DNA from: Atractiella rhizophila | Lineage: Eukaryota | Assembly: GCA_021432655.1 (NCBI GenBank) | Contig: MU271341.1 | Span: 1-64,000 of the forward strand | Direction of reading: 5' to 3' | DNA length: 64,000 nucleotides | In this document: piece by piece, positions 11,201-25,200 of the stretch | How positions within the stretch are numbered: position 1 is the stretch's first letter | Layout: each line of letters starts with the position of its first letter | The notes under the pieces: model-generated | The model's input: only the letters and a program-made list of their open reading frames with translations | What the model was told of the DNA's origin: nothing | The model's database searches: none | Program-made: the position numbers and the translations under genes

Positions 11201-14200
11201 GCTAGACAAACCATTTATACGAAAGCGGTCACAAAGTTGTCTCAGACACTTCGACATACTGGTCTCGCCACTGAGCTTTTGACCTTGTTGGCGAAGAGGC
11301 TCCAAGATGGAGTCTTTACGGCTGGCGAAGAGCACCAAATGCATCCCAAGTCGATGAGCCAACTTTTCGATTCGGTGCGTCCTCGTCGCTTTCGCTTCGA
11401 GAAAATGGACAAGGAGTGATTGGGTGGACATCATGTAGTGTCAAGAGGTGTTCCTCCAGCTAACGGAATTTTTTCGCTCCAATCTAACTAAGGAGGAGTA
11501 TGCCGGTATCCTCCCCTCTGTCGAAGCTCTCTGCCTCGATGAGAAAGTGGATCCTGCTGTTGCATTTCACATGTGGCGACCGAAGCTCAAGGCAGATATG
11601 GAGGTGGGGGTTTTTAACCGCCTCGATCCCGTCTTTAATAGTTGTGATGTAGGCATACGACAAGAAAATTGCCGCGGAAAAGTCCTCCACAAAGGCAAAG
11701 GATTCTAAGGATGCAAAGAAGGAAGATCCAACTCCAATAGACCCCTCAGAACCTAAGGATGAGAACGAGAAACCACCTCCTCCTGACTCTGAGAAGGTCT
11801 CAGCGACTCCAAACGGTCCTGCCGAAATTGTCCGCCATTCTCTCTCACTCTCAAAACATCAAACTAATTTGTCGATATCAAGAACTGGCACCCAGCGCTG
11901 AAGGATGCAACCGAACTTGCTCGCAAGGTGCTGCCTGAGTCTATCCAGAACTTTATGACGTACGCTCCATCTTACACCCCCACACCTGCTCAGACTTCTC
12001 ACAGAGCCGATTTCTATGTCGCTTTCTGGCAGCAATCACTTGAAGACATCAAACATCCAACTGACAATTATATCAAGGAGCAAAAGCGGTTGGCAGCTCT
12101 TGCAGACGACATTCAAAAGCGGAAAGTCTCTCCCAGCAGCGGACCAACCGCTAAGGACGCAAACGATGCCGTTCACACACTCAATCAGTTGCAAAGGGCA
12201 TTGATTAAAGAGGCTGCAGAACACAGTGACAGAATCCAACGCATGCGACAACGAATTGCCAATGAAGGTCGCGGTTACTTCAGAGGTGCGCAGTGTGGTA
12301 TAAACATACGCAGTCATTTGACAGGCTTGAGCAGCTTCCGCAGGCGTCACTTCCGTTGACGCTTTTCTTCAATATTGTGTGATCCCGAGAGCCCGCCTAT
12401 CTCCAATTGATGCCATGTTCTCTGCCAAATACATTCGTCTTCTACACGAACGCGGTATTCCCAACTTTGTGACTGCTTCGGTATACAATAAGGTGATTTA
12501 TTTGCAATCATCGACCCCAAGGTGACTGACTCTTCGGACAGCTCTTCTCGAGTGCCATCACTCCGCTACTACTTCAGGCTTCGGAGCAGGAGGCCAAAAA
12601 TCTGGGTATGGGTGCATTTTCTCACCTGATGCGTCTGACGGCTCTCGCGAACACAGGACTCTTTCTGTGCCAGATTCTGGAACATGTGCATCATCTGAAA
12701 CAGTCGAAAAAAGTCTACGACGAAGATGGGATCGGTTCCAATCGCCCTGGCTTTCAAACTGCAGTCCAGGGAGGCGGAGGTGGGCCAAAGCGAAACAATA
12801 TTCAGTACGAAGACTATGTTCGGCTCACACAAAAATGGGCCATGAAGTTGATCGGTGCTGTTCTCGAATGCTTGGAGTCTCGAGAGTATATGCACGTCAA
12901 GAATGCCCTCCTTGTACTCGACAAAATCGAGCCGTATCATCCTCGCTTCGACGGGATTCAGCCCAATGGCAAGTTAAATCATGTGGAGGAAATTCGAAAG
13001 GTTGTGACAAAGTTACGACTCGAAGAGACTCGAAGCGACATCAAAGTCTTGGCGATGTCTTACCTTCAAAAACTTTCAAAATTGGAAGAGCGCCTCAAGG
13101 CTGAAAGAACCAAAGTGAGCTCTTTCAAAAGTCATGCGAAGAAGATTTAACGTCATTTAGACGGAACCAAAGTCGGCAACTTCGACCACCAAAGCAGTAG
13201 ATCGCAAGGAGCCTCCAGTTACCACCAGTCTACCTCAGGCGCCGAAAGCGCTGTCCAACGGAGTACCTCCACGGCCGCACTCCAATGGATCCGTTCCGTA
13301 AGTTGTGAGGACATCTCGGTTCACTGCCTAACTCAATGTCACAGACCAACGTCTCGACTCCCTCCGCCAAACAATCTCCCAGACCGCCGCCCCCTTCCAA
13401 GGGAACCACCGCCACCGTGAGTTCATTTTTCTTCGCTCTTTGTGTCCTGACATTACGATCCAGTGCTCGAGTGAACGATCTGAGGCAAGATCGACATCCT
13501 CTGCCCCAGAAGCCCTCAGATGGGGGACAAAGCTCTGGAGATCGTGCACCAACTCGCCCGGATTCCCCGCGCACTGTGTCCGATGATGCTTCATCGCGGC
13601 CTCGACCACCTGGATTGCCACCCAAACCAGTTTCAGCGGAGGCAACTCAAAAAGCTGCACAAGTGACTAGTCGTGACTTGCCGAGCACACGAACAGACCC
13701 TTCCCATTCTCGAAGAGAGGGTATCAAGACTCCCCCGCTTCCTACCGATTCCAAAGCTGGGCCAGCTGCCTCAAGTTCCGTGAAAACGAAGGAGTCTAAG
13801 GATCGGCCTTCTTCGCCTAGCAAGGTAGATGTGTCAAAACGGGACGATCCCACGAAGGCAGCTACAGCAACCCGACATAGTGAGGGGGCTGATCTCAAAG
13901 ATAAAGGCGAGATCAATGGACATACGAGCAGGAGGGAAGACACGGGAGCCCGCTCTGATGGGCGAAGCTCTCGAGATGTACGTGACAGCCGCGATGCGAG
14001 AGACAGAGAAAAGCAGCATCGTTCACGGCAGCCCAGTGTAGATTCCTCCCAATCCAAGGATAAAGACAGGCGGAGGACGACGGATCGAGATGTGAGAGAG
14101 AAGGATCGCGACCGCGACAGACAACGAGAGCGAGAAAGGGAACGCGATAGGGAACGTGATCGTGAGAAGGGGGACAGGGACAAAGAACGAGAGAAGGAAC

Positions 14201-15065
14201 GGGAGCGGCGCAAAACCACCGTTCGGGATCGGACTCCAGAGAAGGAGCGTGAGAAGGACCGGGATAGAGAGAGGGAGAGAAAGGAGGAGAAGCCGCGCGA
14301 GCGAGATGTTCGCGTGACGCCTAGTAAGCGGGAAAGGGATGACGACAAGGCGCGTAAGGAGGATAAAAGGGATAGATCAAGAGAGGACGATGATGGGCCA
14401 AATAAACGGAGAAAGTTGGATGACTCGCGCGCGGACAGCGTAAGTCGGACTGCTGTCATATCAGAGCACCACTGACCACTTGTATGGCTTAGTCTCGCCG
14501 TGTCGAACCTTCTCGCCTTGACATGGCACTTCCCGACGATGTGCCCTCTCAACCTCGAGCAATGGGAGGCACTGCGCACCCAACTCGTCAACCATCTCAA
14601 AATGGTTCGCGTTCATCGACTGCTCAGCCTGGACGATCCCCTGTCATCCCTACTGGTCCCTCACGAGTGGCACAACCACCACCAACCCTTCCACGACAGA
14701 CGTCCCAGTCTGTAAGCACGGCAACGACGGAGTTCAAAGTCAAAGGTCGAGGGGCAGAGCAGCCGCGGAGTTCTCTTCAAACCGCCATTGCGGAGGCACA
14801 ACGAAGCACAGCTGGAACAGATCGCCCTTCTTTAAAACGTCGAGACCGAGAGGAAGGCAGTAAGTCAGAAGGACGGGGCCTGTTATCGAGGATCTCGGGC
14901 AACAGTACGGAAGAGGGGAGTGGAAAGAGACCTCGAGCTGACGGTGACGGCGACATGTCGGCGAGCAGAAGGGAAAGCACTTCTGGTAGAGTCAGTGATT
15001 CTAGGAGCGAAAGACGCGAGAGTAGAGATCACAGGTCTAGTACCAGTAGCAGTAGGAGAAGATGA
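8237..15065 (+). CDS. THO2: THO complex subunit 2, multi-exon, with a charged RD/RE-rich C-terminal tail
   Basis: YKQRKFNLFREESEGYSHL, LAQALGFKF, KIAHSNPLPVFATVMKQVQAYPNLIEPLVE, LKMKEDGSNASSWL, FYVAFWQQSLEDI, LESREYMHVKNALLVLDKI. Confidence 0.92.
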
Positions 15066-15218
15066 GATTACTATCACTTTCGTGGATCTAAATCAGGATT
15101 TCTTGTTGTGCAGTGTACCATAATCAGTACCCTCAATACCTGTCTCGAAAATATTTACATTCATGCTTCCTCTCTTGAACAATGTACCTATGTACATCAA
15201 GGAAAGTAACACCAAGCA

Positions 15219-17045
15219 TTACTCCTCCTCTCCTCCGTTCAGGATATCGAACCAAGCAAAATCGAATTCATCCATCAGCTTCTCCGCTGCTTCGTCATCC
15301 CAGCTTCCAAAAAATGTTTTGATGAGGATTCTGCGTTCATCAGGTGTTACTTCATCATCGCCAAGGGTCGGTCGCTTCGGAGCATAGAAAGATTTGACGA
15401 AAGCATCGAATCCTATTAACGAGGTCTCACAATACGAGATGACGATGGAGTGCAAAGACAATGAAGGTGAAGAGAGGCGGGATAGTTGGAAGAAGAAGTT
15501 TGAAGGGAGAAGGAGAGCTTCTTCCGTCCCTCCATCCAAGTGTAACTCAGCAAGCCCATAGAGGGCAGAGAAGTGAAGAAATTTCTCCTGTTGCAATATT
15601 GGTGCGTCCAGGGACGGAGTCAAAAAGATCACGCGCAATATATGCAAGTTCTGCCGCTTGCCATCCAATATGTCTTCGACGAGCGTCCGCAGCGTCGTTG
15701 GAAGAGGCCAACAACGATTGAGCTGAAGATTGTCCAGAAATCGATCTTTGTCGAACAATATCCTCGCCAGTCTTTCGCTGATCAGAGTCCGCACAAGACT
15801 GATATCGCGAAGTCGTAGAACGCTCCAAAAAGGCTCGACTGGAACAACATCTGGCAGAGCAAGGGGGGCACGGTACGATAGTGAATATATGCGCAGCTGA
15901 CGAAGCTGTGATTTCGAGGCTTGCAAAAATCGAAACACGTCGTCATCAGTCCAATTATCATGAGCAAAATCAATGCGCGCAAGGTATCGAAGCTGTGATA
16001 AAGAGCCCAAAAAGTCTTTTCTACTCTGAAGCCTAGCCGGTGCGTATTGCAAGGTGACATCTGCTAGGTTTGGGCAATTCTGAATAAAGAGTGGCATGTC
16101 AAATTGGGACCTCATATCACCAATATCGAAGGTGGCGAGGTCCCAAAGTTTGCCAGCACGAGGAAGCCGTTGGGAAATCCTTTGCATCAATCGAGCTTTG
16201 ACGGGATTGTAAATCAGGTAGGTAAGAGCAATCCTCTTCCAACGACGGCAGACACGACAACATGTGCGAAGTTCCGTCGCCAGGAGCGAGTCATGCAATC
16301 CGAGCTTGGTAACGTAGAGCTCCGCGAAGATTGCATCCAACAGCTCGTCAGGAAGAGACTCAAATGGAAAATAGTTTTTCGGGGGGCGAATGCTGAACTG
16401 AATGATCGAGAATCCTTCATTTCTGTCGATGTGTTCAATACGATGCCATGAATCATCACCCCGGAGCACGTTATACCCCAAAACTGTTATGCCAGGGGTT
16501 TGTGGAACCTGCAGTTGTATTTGATCGTACAGGTCCTTTTTGAGATCATCAAGGGGATACTGAAGGCCATAATGCGAGCCCAGGGATGAGCGAGTGACAC
16601 TGATCGTGATCTCTTTCCCATCTGCAGCGTTACGGGTAAAATCAAGAAGTTGATGACTTGGACTTGGCTGCACGGATTTCGACACGTATATTACGAGGTT
16701 AGTGCGAAAGGTTTGGACGAATTGTGGAGAAAACGAGACGGCAAGCTGACGCGGGTGAAAGTAGTTGCCGGAGGATGAATGAAGAAGATTGCTGGATATG
16801 ACCAGATTGGTAGGAGAACAGAGGTTGCTCTCGACGACTTCAGTCTCCATGGCACTGTAATCTTGGAATGAGTTACTTGTAGGAAAAGAATATCTGAGGA
16901 AGAAACATTGCCGTCTAGCAGCATCAAGCGGTTCCAGGACAGATCGATATATATCCACAAAGTCATCAGGTGCGACAATCACATTATGGACAGCATGTTT
17001 CACCAGCAGTTCCTTCAAGATTAAGCGTGTCTTAAGACTACGCAC
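15219..17045 (-). CDS. F-box/LRR-like protein with a ~220-aa N-terminal extension; start uncertain (upstream exon likely)
   Basis: FPFESLPDELLDAIFAEL...LRTCCRVCRRWKRIAL followed by LxxLxL-type repeats. Confidence 0.7.
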   Translation of the reverse strand: MRSLKTRLILKELLVKHAVHNVIVAPDDFVDIYRSVLEPLDAARRQCFFLRYSFPTSNSFQDYSAMETEVVESNLCSPTNLVISSNLLHSSSGNYFHPRQLAVSFSPQFVQTFRTNLVIYVSKSVQPSPSHQLLDFTRNAADGKEITISVTRSSLGSHYGLQYPLDDLKKDLYDQIQLQVPQTPGITVLGYNVLRGDDSWHRIEHIDRNEGFSIIQFSIRPPKNYFPFESLPDELLDAIFAELYVTKLGLHDSLLATELRTCCRVCRRWKRIALTYLIYNPVKARLMQRISQRLPRAGKLWDLATFDIGDMRSQFDMPLFIQNCPNLADVTLQYAPARLQSRKDFLGSLSQLRYLARIDFAHDNWTDDDVFRFLQASKSQLRQLRIYSLSYRAPLALPDVVPVEPFWSVLRLRDISLVRTLISERLARILFDKDRFLDNLQLNRCWPLPTTLRTLVEDILDGKRQNLHILRVIFLTPSLDAPILQQEKFLHFSALYGLAELHLDGGTEEALLLPSNFFFQLSRLSSPSLSLHSIVISYCETSLIGFDAFVKSFYAPKRPTLGDDEVTPDERRILIKTFFGSWDDEAAEKLMDEFDFAWFDILNGGEEE

Positions 17046-19016
17046 AGGTCTGACAAAAGGGATAGATCTGTAGAAAGGACGTACTTCCTGCTTAAAATTT
17101 CTACTGTCGCAGTGAGAAGCAAGGAAACTTGATATGCAGGGCTGTGATGCAATATCAAGTTAGCTTTCTCAGTAAACGGAGCAAAATTCAAGGAGAATGG
17201 AACGACCTCAAGACGAAATGTCGGGTTACATTGAACTTTCAATAATGAGTCAAAGGTGAACAAACGGATGGGAAGGGACGGCGACAGACAATTCAACGGG
17301 GATACTTTACTGAGACTCTATCGCGTAAACAAATCTAACCATAATTGGCCGATGCCAGCCTGAACGCAGGCTGCTTTCTAGTTGACAGGAAATTGATTCC
17401 ACCCTCAAACAGTTTTGGTTCCTTTGGAGGTAGTCACGTGTTCTTTAAGGAAGGTTTTTCCGCCCGACAAAAACTGCAAAGCACAGCAGGAATTATTAGC
17501 ATGAGCTCCTCCTCACCCCACAAGCTCTCCCCGCAAGGTACGCAGCGCAATCTCCACCAAGACCAAAAATGACGTTTTTTACCGGTCGAAAGAAGCGCAA
17601 AAGGTATCCACATTCGTAAACCAGTCGCCGAATGATGACTACACCTTCGACTCGGAGCGGAACAGCAATATTGTGAGCTACAACATACACTCAGTCCCTT
17701 ACAGCGTGTAGGTATTGATAGGAATAGACAGAGCTATGTGCTAAGAAGAACGGTCAGCTGAGCTGCATCAAGGTTCGTCCTCTGTCGTCCAAATCGAACG
17801 TTGTCGTCAGTCACAGCTGAGGTACCAATTACTGTGCTTTGGGTGATATGGGAACAGGTAGCAGCTCAGAGCACTGCACTCTTCGCCTACATGCAACACC
17901 TGGGTTACTTCTGCCAACTTCCCTTCGACCCGACTGAGACACACATCCGTGCGCACCCCTCACCTTTTCTTTCTCCTCTAGAACGGCGTCACTGATTGGA
18001 GCTGATGGGATGCAGAGTGCAGAAGGATTGAAAAGATCACTGGTATATAACTTCTCGCTGCTCGGATGTATAGGCCTGACGGAGATGCAGGATTGGACCC
18101 CAAGAGAGCTTGAGCCCGTTGGACCACTTGTCGCCATGTCACCTGTAATGAAAGCGCGACCCAAGGCGTTATGGACTATATTACATCGTAGCCCCTTATT
18201 TGTCTTCCTCGCTGCCCATGTTCCCTCCGCTTTGCTGGCTTTCTCTTGCTCTCTTGCTCTGACGGACCCGTAGCAAGAGCGACGTTATCAAGCTCGTTGC
18301 ATGTAAAGCATGGACTCCCAGTCGTGACAATGGGCATGTTTATTGACAAGCCAGCTTGTCCATTTGGACAATCGGTGCGCTGTCTATCTTGTTACGCTGA
18401 TATTGAATCGTCCTGCCTTTGGTCGGTTTTGTCGAAGCATGAAGCAGACAGGTGACGGGTTCGGTTTGGTGGACAGCTGGAGGCTTTCGCCTTCTCGCAC
18501 CCTGCCAGCGTTGTGCTGGAACATGACCAACCGAAACCGAGAACCGACTTTTCTGGCTTCAGTGCATCTGTCGTGATTCTTCCTCGACGGTTGTTCTATA
18601 TGTCAAGACGAAGCCCTGCCATATGCTGCCATGCTGAATCTTGTGCCACTTCCGTGCACAAAGAAAACTTTAATTGGCAAGATCCAAAATGCGCGCTGGG
18701 AATGAAAATCTCATGTCTCCTAGGATCCTTGTTTCCGAAAATATAATAAGCGACAAGGGATTTTCGGATTTTGAACTCTACAATCAAACAAGCGTGTTCT
18801 TCATGCATGCTCCTGGGAAACGGCTCGCTCTGGGACAAGGTGTTGCCTCTTTCACACGTTTGTTTGTCGTTGTTTATATAAATTTACGATGGGCGCTTCT
18901 CGCTCCCCAGTTCATTTGGGGTTGACCTTCTCCCGCTCAGCTTCTAGTTTATAAGGGCACGATCAACATGCCTCGTCGTTGAGTTCCCCTCGTAGACCAG
19001 CTTCGGTATTCGTGCG

Positions 19017-20629
19017 ATGATCTTCCAGTCCTCCTTTCGTCGTCCCTCTCTTCCCCAAATCTTCGCTCGTCGTGGTTCTACGACCCCAACTCCTCCGCTT
19101 CCTGCAGCAGATTCTTCCTCAATTACGAGTGCTGAGGCTCCATTTGCCTACCCTGTCATCAGTGGCAGACGAGGTTCGCTCACTCCCAATCCCATTTCAA
19201 AGGCTGCGAAGCTCCTGGGTCGTCTCACGGTGTGTACCGCTCCTCCTCACCAAAGGCGAAGTCTCACTCGACTTCGCAGCCAAACGCGAGCAAGGTCGAT
19301 GTTTCCCTTCCTCGGGCTTCCGGTCCAATCGAGAGTTTGCCCCAAGAAATCTTCCTCGTCGTCCTCGAGGAACTTTCTCGCGATGGCGACTCAGAAGGAC
19401 GAGCAGCGATCGTCGCCTTGAGTTCGGTCAACAAACTCTTTCGACGACTGGCCATCCCTAAGCTCTTTACGATTTTGCAGTTCCCCAACAAGTTGATTCG
19501 GGACCACTTGAAGGGGAAGAAGAACGCGACGCTCCTCAGCGACGAATACATGGTCTTCCCACGCGGGTTCAAGGTCGTGATCGACGCAGAATATGTGAAA
19601 GAAAGCTCAGATGGTGACTTGTTAGGGTTAGACAAACAATTTGATTTCGTCATTAAGGAGTTGGCAAGAGTCCGATCGCCTTCATTCAACTACCTCAGCT
19701 TCGTGTTCAAGAATGTCAAGCAGTCGTTCTGTCGTGACGCCTATCGGGCCGAAATCGACTCATTCTTTGCAAAGTTGTGCAGCGTCATCTCCACTCGGCT
19801 AGATGAAGAGGTCAAGGCGGAGTTGACGGTGGACCTCATTGGGAACGACCGCTGTACAGAGGGTTGCATCATCCCCTCTGTCGTGGAGAACATGGTCGCG
19901 CACTTCCCCCAACTCATCGACTTCAAAGTCACGTCATCATACATGCAGGAGACGAACCTCGAGGCATTGAAGAAGTGTGCGAATCTCCGTTCGCTTTCCG
20001 TCGTGTCGCATGGACAGGAGCCGCCTGCTATCCCGCTCGGGATGCAGTTGAAGCAACTGAAGGCACTTTCTATCGTGTACGACGAGGGATGTCGGTGCGG
20101 ATGCGACCGACGGTTCGGCCACCACTTTGGGTTCATCTTCTCCTCTTTGGTCGGGTGCATGTCCACGCTCGAGCGTCTTAAGCTGGACGTGGCGCTCGAC
20201 GACGTGCCTCCGCTTTCGGAGGTCGAAAGGCGGATCCTTGAGAAAGGAAAGATGAAATGGACCTCTCTCTCCCATCTCGAACTCGACAACATCCTCGAAC
20301 GGAACCCAAACACAAAGATCGCCTCTGTCCTCGCTCTCTTTTCACAAGCTCCCATCCGGAAACTCGTGTTCGGACAAAAGTTCCTCACTCAGAACATCAG
20401 CCGCTGTTGGGAGAACCAACTTCGGGATGTTGGATTCTTGCCAACATCAAAAGCGGGAGAGTTCAACCAATACCTCGCTTTCGTCTTTCATCTCCTCCTC
20501 CAACATAAGAAGGCTGGGAGGTTCCCTAACTTGAGGACGGTCATCCTAAGGGGAGACATCCGTGCGGAGGCGATTGATTTGAGAAAGGAAAGACATGCTC
20601 TGCGTGCCGCCGGAGTGGAAGTGAGGTAG
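19017..20629 (+). CDS. F-box/LRR-like protein, one probable intron (~19230-19279)
   Basis: IESLPQEIFLVVLEEL...ALSSVNKLFRRLAIPKLF and Leu-rich repeats; GTGTGT...CGCAG joins the 19017 ATG exon in frame. Confidence 0.7.
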
Positions 20630-21115
20630 ATGGTCCTCCAACTCGGAGCTTCTGTGTTGGGCCTCTGTCTGGGTTATACTTTGACTAGTTTCATGTTTAT
20701 ATTTAACAAACACTGTCGTCTTTGTTCACAGACGAGAAGCATCTCGTCCCATCGTTTCATCCACCTTCGTCTCGCTCGCGGTTCGATTCCATGTTCATAA
20801 TACGAAGTCATTAATCGCTCTGCCTGTAGTCTCTTTCTTTGCATGTAGGAGCAGCTACCATCTCCCATATACCGAGGTCAATAAAATGTCGAGGGATTAT
20901 CGTATACTTATACGCATTCTCATTCACAGGAGTGAGGAAGTTCTCACAACAAAATCTGCATTACTTGCAATACTATAAGCCAACTCGCGAAAAAATCAAT
21001 AACTGGCACTCTATCACAAAATCGAGGGAAAAAAGACATAAAAGACCTGCATCCCTTCATTCACCCACTCCCAATTCCATCTCCTCTCCGCTTCCCACGT
21101 GAACATGGACAGAAC

Positions 21116-21899
21116 TTAAACGCTCTGCAGTCCCTGATACTGGCTCTCCACGCTTGGCTCAATGAGCGCGGCGTGTCCGAGGATCAAGACGGTGGATGAA
21201 CCGACGATGTAGAAGAAGGTGGCAAAGGGACTGGCGAAGAAGAGGAGGGGGATGCCGATGCAGAAGAGGGCAGTGTAGAGTCCTTTCATCCCAAACCGGG
21301 TTCATTCAGTCATAGTCATGGGGGGAGAAGACGTCAGTGTACCTTTTTGTGTCACCACTGTTCCTTGGACTTCAATGGGGTCCGCACCGAAACGGTTGAT
21401 GAGGATGAAACCGCCTAATAAGATCCTTTAATGACAGCTTCAACTTCAAAGAGAGGAAGGTCTAGGTACCGAAGAGGAAGAAGAGTGCGAACTGCGCCGC
21501 AAGCCGGAATGGTGAGTGGCCGAGTTCTGGAAAGGCTGGATGAAAGACTCACGAGCAGCCTCGGGTTGGTGAGGATGGCATAGAGCGCAAGGAGGATGAC
21601 TACGACGCTATAGTTGCCGCTGAAAATTCGCGTGTTGTGACTGATCCTCGAGACTGCCTCATTCATGTTTTGGGGGCGGGAGATGCTGTCACCCACCCGT
21701 CATGTCATTCATTAGCAAGCTAAAAAACCTTTTTGGAACTGTGGCGTACCGGTTGTGGTCGAACATCTCCCCCAGCGGCCTGAGGGTCGAAAGGCGTGTC
21801 TCCTGCGTCTTAATTGAGATTGTGCGAATGCCAAAGTAGCAAACGACTGACCCTGAAGGACTGCAAGTACCCCGGAACGCTGGTCATCAATCCAGTCAT
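21116..21899 (-). CDS. YIP3: Prenylated Rab acceptor PRA1/Yip3, multi-exon
   Basis: RETRLSTLRPLGEMFDHNR, ISRPQNMNEAVSRISHNTRIFSGNY, ILGHAALIEPSVESQY. Confidence 0.88.
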
Positions 21900-22218
21900 T
21901 TGGTCAGCCATTTTCGTTGATCTTGTTGTTAATTGTCTTAAAGAGCGTTTCGAGGGAGTTGTGTGTAGCTTTTATAGGCCTGCTGTAATGTGAAAGGCGT
22001 CGGTCGACTCGAGTATTCGTGGAAGAAGTGGACAGGAGCTGCGGACAGTGACTGTGAAGCCAGCTTCCCGTGCGCCCTCCCGCGACAACCTGCGCCCTCA
22101 GATCTTGACACGTCGCCACCTTCGCATCCAGCAATCTAACATACCCCAGCCTGTCAACCGCGAATCCAGCCAAAATTGACGCGACGCGGCACGGCACCCG
22201 TCAGCTATCTAATCAACT

Positions 22219-25200
22219 ATGATTATCCGCGCAGCCCTATCAGTAGGGCTGCTTCTGCTTTCCTCCTTACCTCCATCGCTCGCTGTCAAACGGGGCGACT
22301 TCAAGACTTGCGACCAGTCCGGTTTCTGCAGACGCAATCGAGGCCTCTCCACGCGTGCATCGGAGCATTCGACCGAATGGAGGAGTCCTTACTTTGTCCA
22401 GACTGTTGATTCGTCAAGTGGGACTTGGAAGGGAGAGGTGAAGAACGCACTGTTTCCGGAAGTTAAGTATGAGCTTGAGATAAGGGTGTTGAGGGATGGA
22501 ACTGTGCGCGTACTCTTGGATGAGAAGGACGGGTTGAAGCAGAGATATAATGAGACCTCCCGCTGGGCTTTGGTCGAGGAACCATTACTCATGTTGGAGG
22601 GAGGCGTGCAGTTTGGTGAGAAGGAGAATGAGAGCAAGATTTGGTTTGGACGGCATAGTATGGTTCGAGTTCAGCACAATCCGTTGAAGGTGGAGTTCTT
22701 CAGAGATGGACAGCCACATGTGGTGCTTAATGAAGGCGGACTCTTCAATATGGAACATTTCAGGGTCAAGAGCCAGAACGCCGCAGAGGAAGTGGAGGAA
22801 AAGGAAGAACAGGAGGAGGGCACGGGAGAAGGTGTAGGAGTGAAGGTCAAAGGGTTCGTGAACCAAAATGAAGAGAAGGAGAAGGTCGTGCTCCAGAAGC
22901 CACAAAAGATCAACGTCCCTGGATCCGTTGATTACCCTCACTTTCTGCCCGAAGATGAGAACGGGATGTGGGAGGAGAGTTTTGGAGGAAAAACGGACTC
23001 TAAGCCTAAAGGTTCGCATCAGTTCTCTCTTCCCACAAGAGTCTTGTTGAATATGCACAGGACCCGAATCTCTGAGTATGGATATCACCTTTCTCGGATA
23101 CGAGCACGTCTATGGTATTCCCGAGCATGCTTCGCCTCTCTCTCTGCGCACCACAAAAGGTGGTGACAACGCATATACGGACCCCTACCGCTTGTTCAAC
23201 CTCGACGTGTTCGAATACGAGGCTGATTCTGAGATGGCGCTCTATGGTGCTGTGCCATTCATGAAAGCTCATCGTCCTTCTTCCACCGTGGGAGTCCTAT
23301 GGTTGAACGGCGCAGAGACATGGGTCGACATTGAGAAGGGAGAGACTGGGAAGGCAGTGAAAGATTCTTGGAAAGCAGGAAAGTTCAAGCATGGCGGACC
23401 GGAGGACAGGACGACGAAGACGCACTGGATGAGCGAGAGCGGAATCCTTGACCTTTTCGTCTTCCTCGGGCCCTCGAATGAAGATATCTTCACCTCCTAT
23501 GCTAGATTGACTGGAACGACAGCCCTTCCTCAGTACTTCGCCATCGGGCATCACCAGTGTCGATGGAACTACTTGTCGCAGGAAGACGTACTTGAAGTCT
23601 CCCGCAAGTTCGATGAGTTTGATATTCCGATGGATGTGATTTGGTTGGATATCGAATATGCAGAAGAGCACAAGTATTTTGTGTGGAACAAACGGTCGTT
23701 CCCTGATCCCGAGAAGATGCAGGAAGGTCTTGCGGAGAGGGGAAGGAAGTTGGTGGCGATCGTTGATCCTCACATCAAGAAGACGAACGATTTGTACGTC
23801 TATACCGAAGCACAGCAGCACGATGTTTTGGTGAAGGATAAGGATGGAAAGGAATTTCAGGGTTGGTGTTGGACTGGTGATAGCGCTTGGGTCGACTACT
23901 TCAACCCCAAGAGCTTTGATTGGTGGGCCAGTCTCTTCAAGTTCGACAAATTCAAGGTCTGTCTCCTCCTTTAACGAGCGGCCGAACGGATTGACTGAAC
24001 TCGAGTGGAACAGGGATCCACAAAGAACCTCTTCATTTGGAATGATATGAACGAGCCCTCCGTCTTCAATGGTCCAGAGATCACCTTCCCTCGGGATGTA
24101 GTACATCATGGCGGTTGGGAGAACAGGTGCGTTTCCTCTCATCATCACCAAATCTTGTCACAAACACTGACGAGAAGAAAGAGACGTGCACAACATAAAT
24201 GGCATGGTCTATCACAACCTGACCTCTCAAGCCTTGATCCAGCGCGAAGATACGCCGAAAAGACCTTTCGTCCTCTCACGCTCTTTCTTCGCCGGTTCGC
24301 AACGATATGGAGCCATTTGGACGGGCGATAATATGGGTTATTGGTCCCATCTTGCGCACGCACCAGCCATGATACTCGCAAACTCGATTGCAGGTATCAA
24401 CTTCATTGGTGGTGAGTCTACTCACTTCCGATTTATATCCTTCCTCTGGTAACATCATCATCAGTCACTGACATATGCTTTGATGGGTGAACAGCCGACG
24501 TCGGTGGTTTCTTTGGTGACCCCTCTCCTGAACTCCTCGTCAGGTGGTATCAGATGGGTGCCTTCCACCCGTTCTTCCGAGCTCACGCACATATCGATAC
24601 CAAGCGCCGGGAGCCATATCTCTTCGACGAGCCGATCAGAAGTCATATCCGGGACGCAGTACGTCTCAGATACTCTCTCCTCCCGACCTGGTACAGCGCC
24701 TTCTTCGAGGCTAACAACCTTGGGTTTCCAATCGCCAGGTGCGCGGTTCCTACTATGTACCTTCGTGGCTCACATTCTGACGATGAATGACAGACCTCAA
24801 TATGTCGTCTTCCCTGATGACAAGGATGGATTTGCTGTTGACGATCAATATTTCATCGGAAGCTCTGGCCTTCTTGTGAAGCCTGTTACACAGGAAGGAG
24901 CGACGGAGACGAGTGTCTACCTAGCTGGAGTTGATGTGCGTTATTTTGTTCAACGCCGGCTCTTTGCTAATGAGGTTTGATATTAGCCATATTACAACTA
25001 CTTTACCAACGACATCTTCTACGGTCCTGGACGCATCGACTTTCCCGCGCCGCTCGATACTGTCCCTCTCTTCCAACGTGGTGGATCCATTCTCTCGAGG
25101 CGAGACACAATCCGCCGTTCCGCTCCTTTGATGTGGAAAGACCCTCTCACCTTGGTCGTGGCGATCGACAGAGACAATTCATCTGCTCGAGGACAGTTCT

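Noticed and set aside
13647..14600. 317-aa Ser/Arg/Leu-rich ORF on the - strand
   Set aside because: Mirror of the RD/RE-rich THO2 tail
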